Of a stretch of 64,000 nt of DNA, positions 8,633 to 18,016 are shown piece by piece. This DNA comes from an uncultured virus (IMG/VR IMGVR_UViG_3300026478_000873). Taxonomy: Duplodnaviria; Heunggongvirae; Uroviricota; Caudoviricetes. Made by a program: the position numbers and the translations under genes. Within the stretch, counting starts at the first letter, position 1; each line of letters begins with the position of its first letter. The stretch lies in the IMG/VR virus record IMGVR_UViG_3300026478_000873; one strand, 5' to 3'. The notes below the pieces were generated by a model, which made no database searches, was not told where the DNA came from, and was given only the letters and a program-made list of their open reading frames with translations.

Positions 8633-9010
8633 ATGTCAAGGATGTTTTCTGTTCCAGTAGGATTAAGCTACAACGGAAAAGAATGTATTGCTGCCATGGG
8701 GCCTTTTGAGCGAAGCATGGAAAGGGATTTTGCCCTTGTAGCCAATAAGAAAGCTTTAGCAGAATGTGATGACATTGATAAGCTTCGGGAAGTAGCCTGT
8801 ACCATGATGGAAGGCTGGAGCAATATGCAAGAAGCCGTCACTGCATTGGTGAAAGAAAATCTTGAGCTGCGTCAAGCCATGCAAATGCAACAAATGGATT
8901 TAGAAGCCGCAGATCAGCTCCTTGGCGAAGCAGGAGAAGCCATTAAGACATTCGTAGAACAGCAGCAATCTTCTCAAGCCAGGCGATTTCTTTGGCCGTT
9001 TGGGAAGTAA
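8633..9010 (+). CDS. NblA-like protein with coiled-coil extension (tentative)
   Basis: RSMERDF...ALAECDDIDKLREVACTMMEGW..MQ.AV..LVK resembles the NblA L(S/T)LEQxF two-helix pattern. Confidence 0.45.
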   Translation: MSRMFSVPVGLSYNGKECIAAMGPFERSMERDFALVANKKALAECDDIDKLREVACTMMEGWSNMQEAVTALVKENLELRQAMQMQQMDLEAADQLLGEAGEAIKTFVEQQQSSQARRFLWPFGK

Positions 9011-9305
9011 GTAGAAATACTTTCCAGCCACACATCATGGCAAGGTTAAATTTTCTGGCGTCTCGTTCGTAGCCAGAGCCAGTAACATGACGGCCACGAT
9101 TAAAAGTGCCACCTTGTATTTCAATGAGAGAGCGAGAAGGAAGATGTGCAAAATCGGCCCTGTAACGCTTTGATCGTTTACTTTTGGCGTAGCGCTCTTG
9201 AAAATCAGCTTCCCAAGCCTCTACATCGCTGAATTCCCTGATCAATGAGAGATCGGGATAATGAGCCTGCCAAAGCCCGAGAAACTGATCTTCTAATGCG
9301 CTCAC
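8943..9305 (-). CDS. PD-(D/E)XK endonuclease (DUF559/Vsr-like)
   Basis: YRADF...IEIQGG...GRH...D..KFN.A...GW. Confidence 0.8.
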   Translation of the reverse strand: MSALEDQFLGLWQAHYPDLSLIREFSDVEAWEADFQERYAKSKRSKRYRADFAHLPSRSLIEIQGGTFNRGRHVTGSGYERDARKFNLAMMCGWKVFLLTSQTAKEIAWLEKIAAVLRMS

Positions 9306-9308
9306 GAG

Positions 9309-9893
9309 CTATACAGCAGCAAAAGCTACTTTAGCTCCTTGATTTTGATATTTACCATCGCCATAAGCGCTGGCCACATCGTTTTCCAGCTTCACGAACA
9401 TCACTTGAACGATGCCTTCATTGGCATAGATGCGACATGGAAAAGCCAGGGGATTGACAATACAAATAGTGAGATGGCCAGACCAGCCAGGCTCAATTGG
9501 CGTAACGTTAATGATTGTGCCTTGACGAGCATACGTTGACTTCCCATCTGTGATGCCCATCACATTGTTGGGCATTGAGATGCGCTCAAGGCTAACGCCT
9601 AATGCATAGGAAAAAGGCGGAAGAACGAAGAAGGTGGAGCCATTTTCCTGAACTGGCTTAGCTTCATACATCAAGCTGGCATTGAAGCTCTTCACGTCTA
9701 GAGCTTCTAGTTCTTTGTTGTTATTGATGACCATGAAGCCTTCAGGAGAAAGGCGCAGGTCATAACCAGCATGGGATAGGCCGTAAGACAATGCTTTCGT
9801 GCCATTGTCCAGCTCGCGACGCTTCTCTCCCGTGAAAGGAAAGATAATGTCATTTTCAGCAAGAATGCTGATTTGCTTGTCGTTGAGGAGCAT
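9309..9893 (-). CDS. dcd: dCTP deaminase
   Basis: SYGLSHAGYDLRL, GKSTYAR, TPIEPGWSG, YANEGIVQ, KYQNQ. Confidence 0.92.
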   Translation of the reverse strand: MLLNDKQISILAENDIIFPFTGEKRRELDNGTKALSYGLSHAGYDLRLSPEGFMVINNNKELEALDVKSFNASLMYEAKPVQENGSTFFVLPPFSYALGVSLERISMPNNVMGITDGKSTYARQGTIINVTPIEPGWSGHLTICIVNPLAFPCRIYANEGIVQVMFVKLENDVASAYGDGKYQNQGAKVAFAAV

Positions 9894-9943
9894 GAAAGAA
9901 AAGGGGCGTTGCCGCCCCCAAGAAACAACGATGGAAGAAAACT

Positions 9944-10228
9944 TCAGAACAAATCGTCGTTAGACGAGGACGATGCGAAGCTGCCGCTTGCGCTCTCGCC
10001 GTTCTGCCAGAAGGAAGAATAAGCCTTGGGGCTGTTTTCCATCTTGTTGACAGTCACTTGCCCCTTGAAATGAGGGGCAGTGTCCTTGTCACGCTTGTCG
10101 TTGTTCCACAGTGCCACGCGGAAGCTGTAATTTCCTTGTGCATTGGGACCAGCCTTTTTGGCTGCATTCAGAATGTCGGGGGTGAGATCGACAGTGCCGC
10201 TGAAAACGGGAAGATTGCCAGAGGGCAT
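9944..10228 (-). CDS. small ssDNA-binding-like protein
   Basis: VALW...APHFKG with acidic DDLF tail; next to exonuclease and annealing protein. Confidence 0.6.
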   Translation of the reverse strand: MPSGNLPVFSGTVDLTPDILNAAKKAGPNAQGNYSFRVALWNNDKRDKDTAPHFKGQVTVNKMENSPKAYSSFWQNGESASGSFASSSSNDDLF

Positions 10229-10299
10229 GTAGTGTTCCTCAGAAGGAGAGTGGTCGGCCCTGGACGGGCTCCCTAAGCATAGTCACAAAACTTAATGAA

Positions 10300-11064
10300 T
10301 CAAGCTCCCCTATCCATAGAAATGGTTAAGGGGCGTCCGCCGGGATAATGCTCAAAGAAGAACTGCTGCGTCTTCTGTGCCATCACTCCTGCCTGCATGG
10401 CGAGGTCAGCGCCGTCAAGGCTGATAATTTGAGCTTCCTGGCCTTGATCAGTGTCTGGATCGTAAATAGCAATGGCGCAATGCGCCTCGCTGATCTCAAT
10501 GCCATACATCTGTTCAATGGCCTGGGAATAAGCTCCGAGCTGCATCCGGTAGTCACCTAGTTGCGTGTCGGGCTTTTGCTTAAAGCTGGTCTTCCAATCG
10601 AGCAGCGCCGTTTTGCCATTGGCCATGGTGGCCAGCATGTCGAACGTGCCGGAGTAGCCAGTTTCAGTGGAGGGGCAATACCATGCGATGGCACTTTCCA
10701 CCAACAAGGGGCTGGCTATGCCTGTGAGGAAGTTGGCAATGCTATCGAAATAGGGAACGAACAATGGATGGGAATCCAAATGGCAGTTAATGTCTTCGCC
10801 GTTCCAGAAATCTTCTAGGACGCCATGAAGCCAATTGCCACGTTCTACGGCAGAGCGTGTGCGGCGATTTGCCTCTTCATCCCCGACTTTCTTTCGCCAG
10901 TTCATGAGCGCCGCAATCTTGCCAGGCGGCGAACACGCGCTCGCAATAGTCGTCACAGAGGGCAAAACAATGCCTTCTGGGGCATTCGGAAAATCGTTTA
11001 AGACGTAATAACGACGGCGATTGATCTGCAGTCGATTGGGTTCGTACCGAGGAAGAGAAGGCAT
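10300..11064 (-). CDS. PD-(D/E)XK exonuclease (MGME1/Cas4-like)
   Basis: PSVTTI, RGNWLH, YSGTFD, DWKTS, QLGAY. Confidence 0.85.
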   Translation of the reverse strand: MPSLPRYEPNRLQINRRRYYVLNDFPNAPEGIVLPSVTTIASACSPPGKIAALMNWRKKVGDEEANRRTRSAVERGNWLHGVLEDFWNGEDINCHLDSHPLFVPYFDSIANFLTGIASPLLVESAIAWYCPSTETGYSGTFDMLATMANGKTALLDWKTSFKQKPDTQLGDYRMQLGAYSQAIEQMYGIEISEAHCAIAIYDPDTDQGQEAQIISLDGADLAMQAGVMAQKTQQFFFEHYPGGRPLTISMDRGA

Positions 11065-11099
11065 CGAAAGGGCGTCGAGACATAGATCGTAACAGGGCA

Positions 11100-11423
11100 C
11101 TATTTTTCGTTTATGTCCCAGAAATAATCGCAGCCTTCTTCCGTACAAGGCGGCGTTGCAAAATAACTTTGGAAGCGATCAGGGGGCGCCATGTAACGCC
11201 AGCAATTTTCCTTGACAAGGCATTCGTCGCCATTACACATTGCAATATCAGGCATGAGAATAGTTCGTGCAGTTTGATAAAGGAAAGTGCGATCAGCCAG
11301 AGGATGTTCAGCAATAGCGTGCAAAATAGCAGCAATACGACGGTCACTGCTAAGCGTGTCGTCAGGAAAGCTCCAGAATGCTTCATGGCAGGAATCAAGC
11401 AATGAACGATGATTTATCGCCAT
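11100..11423 (-). CDS. hypothetical protein with Cys-rich C-terminus
   Basis: PDIAMC..C..C.RY...QSYF...C motif. Confidence 0.6.
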   Translation of the reverse strand: MAINHRSLLDSCHEAFWSFPDDTLSSDRRIAAILHAIAEHPLADRTFLYQTARTILMPDIAMCNGDECLVKENCWRYMAPPDRFQSYFATPPCTEEGCDYFWDINEK

Positions 11424-11607
11424 CTTTTGCATAGTCGTAATATTCTTCTGCTGCCTGATGGAAACAGTCAGCGACAGTGCCTTCAGTGAAACCAGCAGAA
11501 AGAAGAAACTGCTTGAAATGAATAACAATATCTGGGCAAAATACTCCCGAAAAGGAATAACTCACTTGAACACTGCCTTCATCTAGCTTGAAGACGTAAT
11601 TACTCAT
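11395..11607 (-). CDS. hypothetical protein
   Basis: Tightly packed operon ORF. Confidence 0.6.
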   Translation of the reverse strand: MSNYVFKLDEGSVQVSYSFSGVFCPDIVIHFKQFLLSAGFTEGTVADCFHQAAEEYYDYAKDGDKSSFIA

Positions 11608-11738
11608 GGCAGGATCCAGCTCACGATCAAGATAATGGTCCATGCAATCAAGACTGCAGCAAAGGAAACAAGAAGGAAAAGGCCAAGCGGATCATTCGCT
11701 AAAAAGTCTGGGAGGAAGGCAATTAAGGGGGCTGTCAT
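11604..11738 (-). CDS. small membrane protein, 44 aa
   Basis: MTAPLIAFLPDFLANDPLGLFLLVSFAAVLIAWTIILIVSWILP*; ATGA overlap with the next gene. Confidence 0.55.
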   Translation of the reverse strand: MTAPLIAFLPDFLANDPLGLFLLVSFAAVLIAWTIILIVSWILP

Positions 11739-11795
11739 TTTCAGAGAGGCAGATGGTTCCAGCAAAGGCCCGCGCAAAGCGGGCCGCTGCTAGAT

Positions 11796-12746
11796 CTATG
11801 GCTTTTTTGCTACAAAAGCCTTCATGGCTTCTGCCATTGCTTCGGCATTGTCACAGGCTCGGACAAGATCAATCTCCTTGGTCATGTCTGCCTTGGTGAT
11901 AACCATTTGTTCTTCCTTGGCCCAGACCGTCATCATGGCTGCTGCCACATTGCCAAACTGCTGCCACGTCTTCACTTCAGTGGCACGGGATAGGCCAATG
12001 GCTTCCAGGGCGGCTTTGCCAAGTGCCATGCTGTTCTTCTGATCGGCATAGCCAAACGGATTGGCTTTGCAAATTGTGGTCAGAGCAGTCTTGGCATCAA
12101 AGGCGTCTGCGTCATCGGAGGCAGTAGCTGCCGTTGCTCCAGAAGGCTCAGGAGCTGATGTAGTTGCCGCTGGCGCCTTGCTTGCCCGCGTAGCTTGCTT
12201 CGGAGTCTCCTGTTGCAACGAGAGTTTGGGTGGGTTTTTTTCATCTTCTTTGGGAATGTCTTCTCCTGCATAGAGACGCAGACCGAGACCAGTGAAGGTG
12301 GCAATAGCTTTTACTGCAGCACGCTGGCAGTTGTCGCTAATGGCGCGACCATCCAGTTCCTTGATGGAATTGTGCTTTCTGTCCATGATCGGGAAGATCA
12401 ATGCAACAGTGCGACGGCAGCCATCAGTGAGGTAGGGGCGCAGGTAGTAAGCGCCGGGGGTGCCAAATACCACTTCGCCAATGGTCTTCTCTTCAAAGGC
12501 CACAAAGAGAGTCGGGAAATGCTCCTTTAAATAGCGGTAGGCAAACGGCCAAGACAAATAGGACAGGCCCTTGTAATCCTTCTCAATGTGTGGGCCAATG
12601 TCTGGAGTGTCATACGCAGCCTTAAAGGCTTCAGCGCTAATCTCAAGGGGGGCAAACAGACCGTTGTAGCGGTCCATCATTGCTTGCTGGGCGGGGTCTT
12701 GCATGGAAGAAACAACGTCGGTGGTGTAAACAGGCAGAGAAATCAC
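11796..12746 (-). CDS. single-strand annealing protein (Sak3/DUF1071-like)
   Basis: LSYLSWPFA, PIMDRKHNSI, QRAAVKAIA..GLGLRLYAGEDIP. Confidence 0.85.
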   Translation of the reverse strand: MISLPVYTTDVVSSMQDPAQQAMMDRYNGLFAPLEISAEAFKAAYDTPDIGPHIEKDYKGLSYLSWPFAYRYLKEHFPTLFVAFEEKTIGEVVFGTPGAYYLRPYLTDGCRRTVALIFPIMDRKHNSIKELDGRAISDNCQRAAVKAIATFTGLGLRLYAGEDIPKEDEKNPPKLSLQQETPKQATRASKAPAATTSAPEPSGATAATASDDADAFDAKTALTTICKANPFGYADQKNSMALGKAALEAIGLSRATEVKTWQQFGNVAAAMMTVWAKEEQMVITKADMTKEIDLVRACDNAEAMAEAMKAFVAKKP

Positions 12747-13006
12747 GATGCCATCACGGGAATATTTTCATATTCGCCATACATAATGACAAACAACATG
12801 CTCATCTCAGCGCCTTCGTTTTTAGTGACAAGGCTTTTGCCGGGGAGGGGCCAATCAGCTACAGCGCGAACGTCCGTAGGATTTTCGTAATACTTAGGAT
12901 CAAAGCCCTCAGTAAGAGCCCCCTCTTCCCAAAGAAGCTTCACTTCTTCGTCGCCGTGCTCAAGAAGGAATTCTTCGCAGGCAAGTTTTAGCTCAGAGAC
13001 TTTCAT
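12743..13006 (-). CDS. hypothetical protein
   Basis: MKVSELK...HGD.EV pattern; overlaps neighbours. Confidence 0.6.
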   Translation of the reverse strand: MKVSELKLACEEFLLEHGDEEVKLLWEEGALTEGFDPKYYENPTDVRAVADWPLPGKSLVTKNEGAEMSMLFVIMYGEYENIPVMAS

Positions 13007-13232
13007 CAAAAGAGGAATCAAGGGACACGGAATAGTCTTCGATGAGATCGAAGGCGCCATTGGCCAAGGTGGCGCTACCTTCCCAGATGGGTGTGGAGCG
13101 GACTAGACGTTCAAGCGTCTCACTTAAAGACAGACGCGCCTCGTGGGCAATGTTGCCGAGATGCGTATATGCAGTGTCCGTGAGGCTTAAATGCCGCCCT
13201 TTCTTTGGTTCAGCGTGAACGTTGGCTGTCAT
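12993..13232 (-). CDS. ribbon-helix-helix DNA-binding protein
   Basis: KKGRHLSLTDTAY..L..IA....LSLSETLERLVR. Confidence 0.65.
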   Translation of the reverse strand: MTANVHAEPKKGRHLSLTDTAYTHLGNIAHEARLSLSETLERLVRSTPIWEGSATLANGAFDLIEDYSVSLDSSFDESL

Positions 13233-13414
13233 TTAAGGGGGTAGTCGAGAGGAGGAATCATGGACAACGTGTACAGACTAGCCATGAATTTCAGTTTGGC
13301 ATCCCAAAATTCATCATTTGTCATTATGTTTTGTAAACTCAACCATTAGTTTTACTGATCGACCTACCACTCCCGAAATTCCTTGCTACAACAGGACTCA
13401 CACCTCCCTCTGTT

Positions 13415-15394
13415 ATGGCATTCTCCATCCTGGACCACATTGAGAAGCTGGAAGCAAGCGATCATCCAGGGAAATATATGTGCCCAGCATGCGGAGGTAA
13501 CGACCTTTCTATCAACACTGCCAACGGCGCCTATAACTGCTTCAACGACGACTCCGCCAAGCACCGTGCCGAAATTCGCAACATCATTGCTCCGCTTGAC
13601 CGCTGGGAGCGCCCTCTTCGCGAACCACAAGCTTACACTTTCGCTTACAAAAACCGCCAAGGCGAAACAACCATCAACGTGCATCGTGATGATGCAAGTG
13701 GCAAGAAAACTATCAAGCAAAGCTATCCTTCGGTGCCGCAAGGTGCTCATCAACGCAAAGCATATATTGATGAAATAAGAAGCAGCGTTCTCCCCTATCG
13801 TTTTGATGAAGCCCTAACGGCTTCTCAGGTAACGGGACTTCCAATCTTCATTGTTGAAGGCGAACTCACTTGTGATCGCCTGTGGGAAATTGGCATTCCT
13901 TCTATCACTTTCCTTGGTGGTAGCGGTCAATACCGCGCCAATGGTGACTATTCGCTGTTGTTTCGCGGCAAGAAGATTGTTTTATGCCCTGATCGCGATG
14001 AGCCTGGCGTGGCTCTTATGCGGGAAGTTGCTTCTGATAATCCTGGAGCACAATGGCTCTACGCGGATCCGGGCAACTTTGAATGGGACAGTTTGCCTCA
14101 GAATGGAGGCTATGACCTCGCGGATTGGTTAGACGATGGTGCCGATCAAGAACTCATTCTTTCTTCCATCGTTTCTAAAGATCGCCATGAAGGTAAAGAT
14201 GGTCTTCCTTCTTATGAGGAGATCATTGGCACCTTTGAGCGCATGGTTGGCCTTTTTGATAATGATTCCCGCATTGCCTATGAAGCAGCAAATTGGCTAG
14301 AAAGCCATGGCGTAAAGATGAGCCAGGCCAATGTCGACAAGATGATCGACGAAGCAAAGGCTCGTTTATTCGGCAAGGAAGAAATTGAAACTATTGACGT
14401 GTTGCAACTGATCGATGATGATTCCGTTCGTGAATGGTTAATTGCTGGCATCGTTCCGCTTGGTAGTGTCACTCTTCTTGCTGCACAAGGCGGCACTGGC
14501 AAAACGTCTCTTGTCTACAACTGGGCACTGGGCGTTGCCACTGGCTCATCATGGTCTGGTCGCCGTTGTCTCCCTGGCAAATGCCTTCTCATCTCTGCTG
14601 ACGAGCCGCTGTCAGACACCAAAGAAAAGCTTTCCATCATCGGCTACCAAGAAGCCAATATTAAGCCTGGCATGATTTCCTTCTGGGAAACCTGGCGCTT
14701 TGCTCACATCCAACAGTTAGAACGCTTCATCAAAAAGCACCGTCCAGTGCTGGTGGTGATTGATTCGCTCACTGCCTGTTTTGCTGGCATGAACGTCGAC
14801 CTCATCAAAAGTAATGCTGGCGATTCGCTTTATGCATTGCGGGACATGGCCAATGTCTACAAATGCTCCATCGTCATTCTTCACCACTTAAACCGTCAAG
14901 GTGGCTTACGTGATAGTTCTAGTTTTGTTGATAACGTCAGCGAAGTTGTGAAGCTTTACCGTCAAGAAGGGAATTTTGATCAAAACCAGTTCATCCTTGA
15001 ATGGGTGAAGAGCCGGAGTGGCCTGGCAGGAAAACACGTTTTGAAGCGCAATGCCGTCAATTACGGCTGGGACTACGCTGGCCCTCTCGGCAATTCCATT
15101 GCTGAGTTGGATCGTGTGGCGAACTATGTGAACATGCGTCCGCATGAGCGTTTCAGCAAGCAGCAAGTGTCGCTGGGGACTGGCATGAATGAAAATGTCA
15201 CCACCGGCAAGCTCCTTGAAATGGCGCGTCGCCAAGGCTTGATCACCAGCAGCTTCATTGTTGGCCCGCACGACGAACGCACCCGCATGTACCACTCATG
15301 GGACTATCAAGGGCCTGATCTGGACTTCACTTCTCCTAATGCGCCCATAGAAAGCATCCCCCATAAAGAGGATGCTGATCACGATTTTTTCTAA
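13415..15394 (+). CDS. primase-helicase (Zn finger, TOPRIM, RecA/AAA_25)
   Basis: CPACGG, IVEGE, PDRDEPG, AQGGTGKT Walker A, VVIDSL Walker B, ILHH. Confidence 0.9.
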   Translation: MAFSILDHIEKLEASDHPGKYMCPACGGNDLSINTANGAYNCFNDDSAKHRAEIRNIIAPLDRWERPLREPQAYTFAYKNRQGETTINVHRDDASGKKTIKQSYPSVPQGAHQRKAYIDEIRSSVLPYRFDEALTASQVTGLPIFIVEGELTCDRLWEIGIPSITFLGGSGQYRANGDYSLLFRGKKIVLCPDRDEPGVALMREVASDNPGAQWLYADPGNFEWDSLPQNGGYDLADWLDDGADQELILSSIVSKDRHEGKDGLPSYEEIIGTFERMVGLFDNDSRIAYEAANWLESHGVKMSQANVDKMIDEAKARLFGKEEIETIDVLQLIDDDSVREWLIAGIVPLGSVTLLAAQGGTGKTSLVYNWALGVATGSSWSGRRCLPGKCLLISADEPLSDTKEKLSIIGYQEANIKPGMISFWETWRFAHIQQLERFIKKHRPVLVVIDSLTACFAGMNVDLIKSNAGDSLYALRDMANVYKCSIVILHHLNRQGGLRDSSSFVDNVSEVVKLYRQEGNFDQNQFILEWVKSRSGLAGKHVLKRNAVNYGWDYAGPLGNSIAELDRVANYVNMRPHERFSKQQVSLGTGMNENVTTGKLLEMARRQGLITSSFIVGPHDERTRMYHSWDYQGPDLDFTSPNAPIESIPHKEDADHDFF

Positions 15395-15507
15395 CTTCGC
15401 AATAGGAGGGAGGCTCTATTGCTAGCCTCCCCGCTGCCGACCGTAGCGAGCAGCTTTAAATAGTTTAGCTTTTTGTTTACGATGGAAGTAATAATTTCTT
15501 AAAGATC

Positions 15508-15714
15508 ATGAAATTGATTTTTGACAATAATGAGAGCGCGGCGCCTTTAGCGCCGCTTTTGCTTGCAACCGAAGAAGACACAGAAGCTTTCTTCGATGCG
15601 ATGGAAGAAATGATCGAAGGAACCGAGGGAGGTGCTGAGCAGTCAGGCGAGCCATTTATTGAAGCCCAACAGAGCACTGACCCTGACAACACTTGGCTCA
15701 TTGTAGGACGATAG
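15508..15714 (+). CDS. small acidic hypothetical protein
   Basis: 68-aa D/E-rich ORF. Confidence 0.5.
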   Translation: MKLIFDNNESAAPLAPLLLATEEDTEAFFDAMEEMIEGTEGGAEQSGEPFIEAQQSTDPDNTWLIVGR

Positions 15715-15757
15715 ATCAACTGGCACATTTGCGCTTGTGGCGATGGAGTACAGTGGT

Positions 15758-16000
15758 GCCGGAAAGTCCCGAGCGCACCCCAAAATCAGCGCTTGGCTCT
15801 CCAGCTTCTACGGCATGGCCATCCAGCCAGAGCGGAGCCCCCACAGGGCGGAGCGTTCAGTCCAGCAGGCCAAGATTCCCTAAAAAGAACAAAAGCCTGC
15901 ACAAGACCAAACACTCCCGCGATGCCGCTCAAGCCAGAGTGGAGCCCCCAAAGGGCGAAACGTTCATCACGTAAGGCAAATAAGCCTTCATTGAACAAAA
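15758..16000 (+). ncRNA. candidate structured non-coding element with tandem 35-nt motif
   Basis: TACAGT -10 box at 15749; repeat at 15825-15859 and 15932-15966; several hairpins; no convincing ORF. Confidence 0.45.
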
Positions 16001-16035
16001 CTCTCTTTAGCATTGCAAAGGAATTTTCCTGAACA

Positions 16036-16275
16036 ATGCTTAACGCTCCGCGAGCAGTCGATCACTTGCCATTGCTGGAACATAACGGCGTAGAAATTTT
16101 GCCAATTGTTCACTATGGCTTTTCTTCTCCTAAGAAAGGGCCGCAACCAGCGGCCCGTACTATTTATGGAGCACGTGATATTAAAGGAGAGCGCCATTGG
16201 CGCTCTAGCCTGCATGAAATTGAAAAGCTAATTGATAGTGGCTTTGCTATTGAGGAGGAAATCAATGCAGAATGA
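16036..16275 (+). CDS. hypothetical protein
   Basis: 79-aa ORF. Confidence 0.6.
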   Translation: MLNAPRAVDHLPLLEHNGVEILPIVHYGFSSPKKGPQPAARTIYGARDIKGERHWRSSLHEIEKLIDSGFAIEEEINAE

Positions 16276-16483
16276 ATTCTGCGAGAGTCCTAAGTCATGC
16301 ATGGCAGTTGCTTATCGCCGCGAGACTGGAGAAGAGCTATCCCCTGCTGGCCTCGATGCTGCCTATGCGGAACTGGTGGATAGCTTCCAGCATGAAATGG
16401 AAGAATTTGTTAGGAAGTATTGTCCTAAACGCTTAACTGACTTCGACCAGCTCATGGAGCAGGCATTCTGGCAGTATCATTAG
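16265..16483 (+). CDS. hypothetical protein
   Basis: GAGGAGG RBS; followed by terminator AAGGGGGC..GCCCCTTTTTT. Confidence 0.6.
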   Translation: MQNEFCESPKSCMAVAYRRETGEELSPAGLDAAYAELVDSFQHEMEEFVRKYCPKRLTDFDQLMEQAFWQYH

Positions 16484-16547
16484 AAAGCTAGAAAGGGGGC
16501 GCTTGTGCGCCCCTTTTTTGTATTGTGTGCCTGCGCTAAACGAAACA

Positions 16548-17060
16548 ATGCCAGATCAGTTTTACGCAACCATTTCGCAAACACCAGATGCCCTGACGGA
16601 AGCCATCCGCTCCATTGATAAAGAGAGCCAGGCGTGGTCAGAGCATTTTGGCTTTAATGCCATCGAACTTCCCATGGGCTTGATTGCAGAAGATTCTGCT
16701 CTGCGAGCAGTGCATGCAGTGCAGCCAGTAGCAAGATTGGGGCTGTTAATGGTGCAGGCGTCAACGTTTTACAAATGGCACAAAGATGTATTTAGGCAAT
16801 GCTGCCTCAATATGCTGATCAGTGAGGATCACCATAGTCATACGCTTTTTGGCGAAGATCTCCACAATCAAAACATGAAGATTACGGAGCTTAAATATAT
16901 CCCCAACACGCTTTATTTGTTCAACAATCAAGCCGAGCATTGCGTGGTTAATTTAGACGGGCCACGCTATTTGTTTAGTCTTTATTTCCAGCAAGAAACT
17001 CCCTACGAAATTGTAAAGAACAAGCTCGCAATTGCCGGCTTAATTCAGGAGGTAAAATGA
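16548..17060 (+). CDS. cupin / 2OG-Fe(II) oxygenase-like protein
   Basis: YKWHKD...N...YLFNNQAEHCVVN...RY (HxD...H). Confidence 0.6.
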   Translation: MPDQFYATISQTPDALTEAIRSIDKESQAWSEHFGFNAIELPMGLIAEDSALRAVHAVQPVARLGLLMVQASTFYKWHKDVFRQCCLNMLISEDHHSHTLFGEDLHNQNMKITELKYIPNTLYLFNNQAEHCVVNLDGPRYLFSLYFQQETPYEIVKNKLAIAGLIQEVK

Positions 17061-17236
17061 TGACTATTTTCCCTGCATCGTCAGAAGAAGAGCTTTCGCA
17101 AGAAGAATGGCAAGAGCTATGTAGCCTGAAAGAAGCCATTGATGGCTATCCGGCAAGCATGGCCACTGCACAAATGGAACGCTTCACTGAATTGTTCGTT
17201 CGTTCTCTCCATGGAAAAGGAGATACAATTCACTAG
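17057..17236 (+). CDS. small hypothetical protein, 59 aa
   Basis: LSQEEWQEL..LKEAI..YP....QMERFTELFVRSL; GGAGG RBS. Confidence 0.6.
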   Translation: MMTIFPASSEEELSQEEWQELCSLKEAIDGYPASMATAQMERFTELFVRSLHGKGDTIH

Positions 17237-17251
17237 AGAATAGAGCTGCGC

Positions 17252-18001
17252 ATGGCTAAGCCTGAGATTGAATTTACAACGCCAGAAGAAGAGCTTGAAT
17301 ATGCTGCTAACGCATTGAAAAAAGCAGGCGTAAGCTTGACGCAATTTGAAGCAGTAAGAGAAACCGAAGTAAATGGCGGGCGTGGTTCTGCTGGTTATTC
17401 CAAGGAAATGCTTGGTCTTAGGCGATGGATGGTGCAAGAGCTTCTTGCTGCAAAGATGAGCAATCGTCAAATTGCAAATGTTCTAAAGCTGAGCAAGGAA
17501 ACAGTCAATGGAGATAGGCATTTCAATAGACAGTTATACACAGAAGAAATTCTCAAGAATCAAGACGTGCATCGAGCACGTCTTCTAAAGGAGCAAATGG
17601 ATTTGAAAGACCTGGCTCTTGATAGTTTTGAGAAGAGCAAAAGGAAGCGCGTGATAACAATGATGGAAGGTGGTGACGATGGAAGCAAAGAGATGATCAA
17701 GATTGAAGAAAGCGCTGGTGATGCATCGTTTCTCAATGTGGCAAAGAACTCCCTTGTTGAACAAGCAAAGCTTCTTGGTCTCAACGAAATCAAACAAGAA
17801 TCACAACAAGACAATTCCTACAGGAAATTCCTCAAAGATCTTTCCACTACCATTGCAAAAGAAAAAGAAGCCAATGCCACTGAAGAACGCAGGAAGAATT
17901 CCTTGCCTGCATCAGCAGAGGTGAGCTTTGATGCAGAACCAGAAAAAGAGGAATGGCCTGAAGCCATTCCTTTACAAACAATTAATAAAGACGACTATTG
18001 A
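17252..18001 (+). CDS. HTH protein, possible terminase small subunit
   Basis: RRWMVQELL...MSNRQIANVLKLSKETVNGD, then GD..FL...AKLLGL. Confidence 0.55.
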   Translation: MAKPEIEFTTPEEELEYAANALKKAGVSLTQFEAVRETEVNGGRGSAGYSKEMLGLRRWMVQELLAAKMSNRQIANVLKLSKETVNGDRHFNRQLYTEEILKNQDVHRARLLKEQMDLKDLALDSFEKSKRKRVITMMEGGDDGSKEMIKIEESAGDASFLNVAKNSLVEQAKLLGLNEIKQESQQDNSYRKFLKDLSTTIAKEKEANATEERRKNSLPASAEVSFDAEPEKEEWPEAIPLQTINKDDY

Positions 18002-18016
18002 CAAGCGGCGCTAGCG

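Noticed and set aside
10300..11064. cas4 as part of a CRISPR system
   Set aside because: No Fe-S cysteine set or cas context; sits in the recombination module
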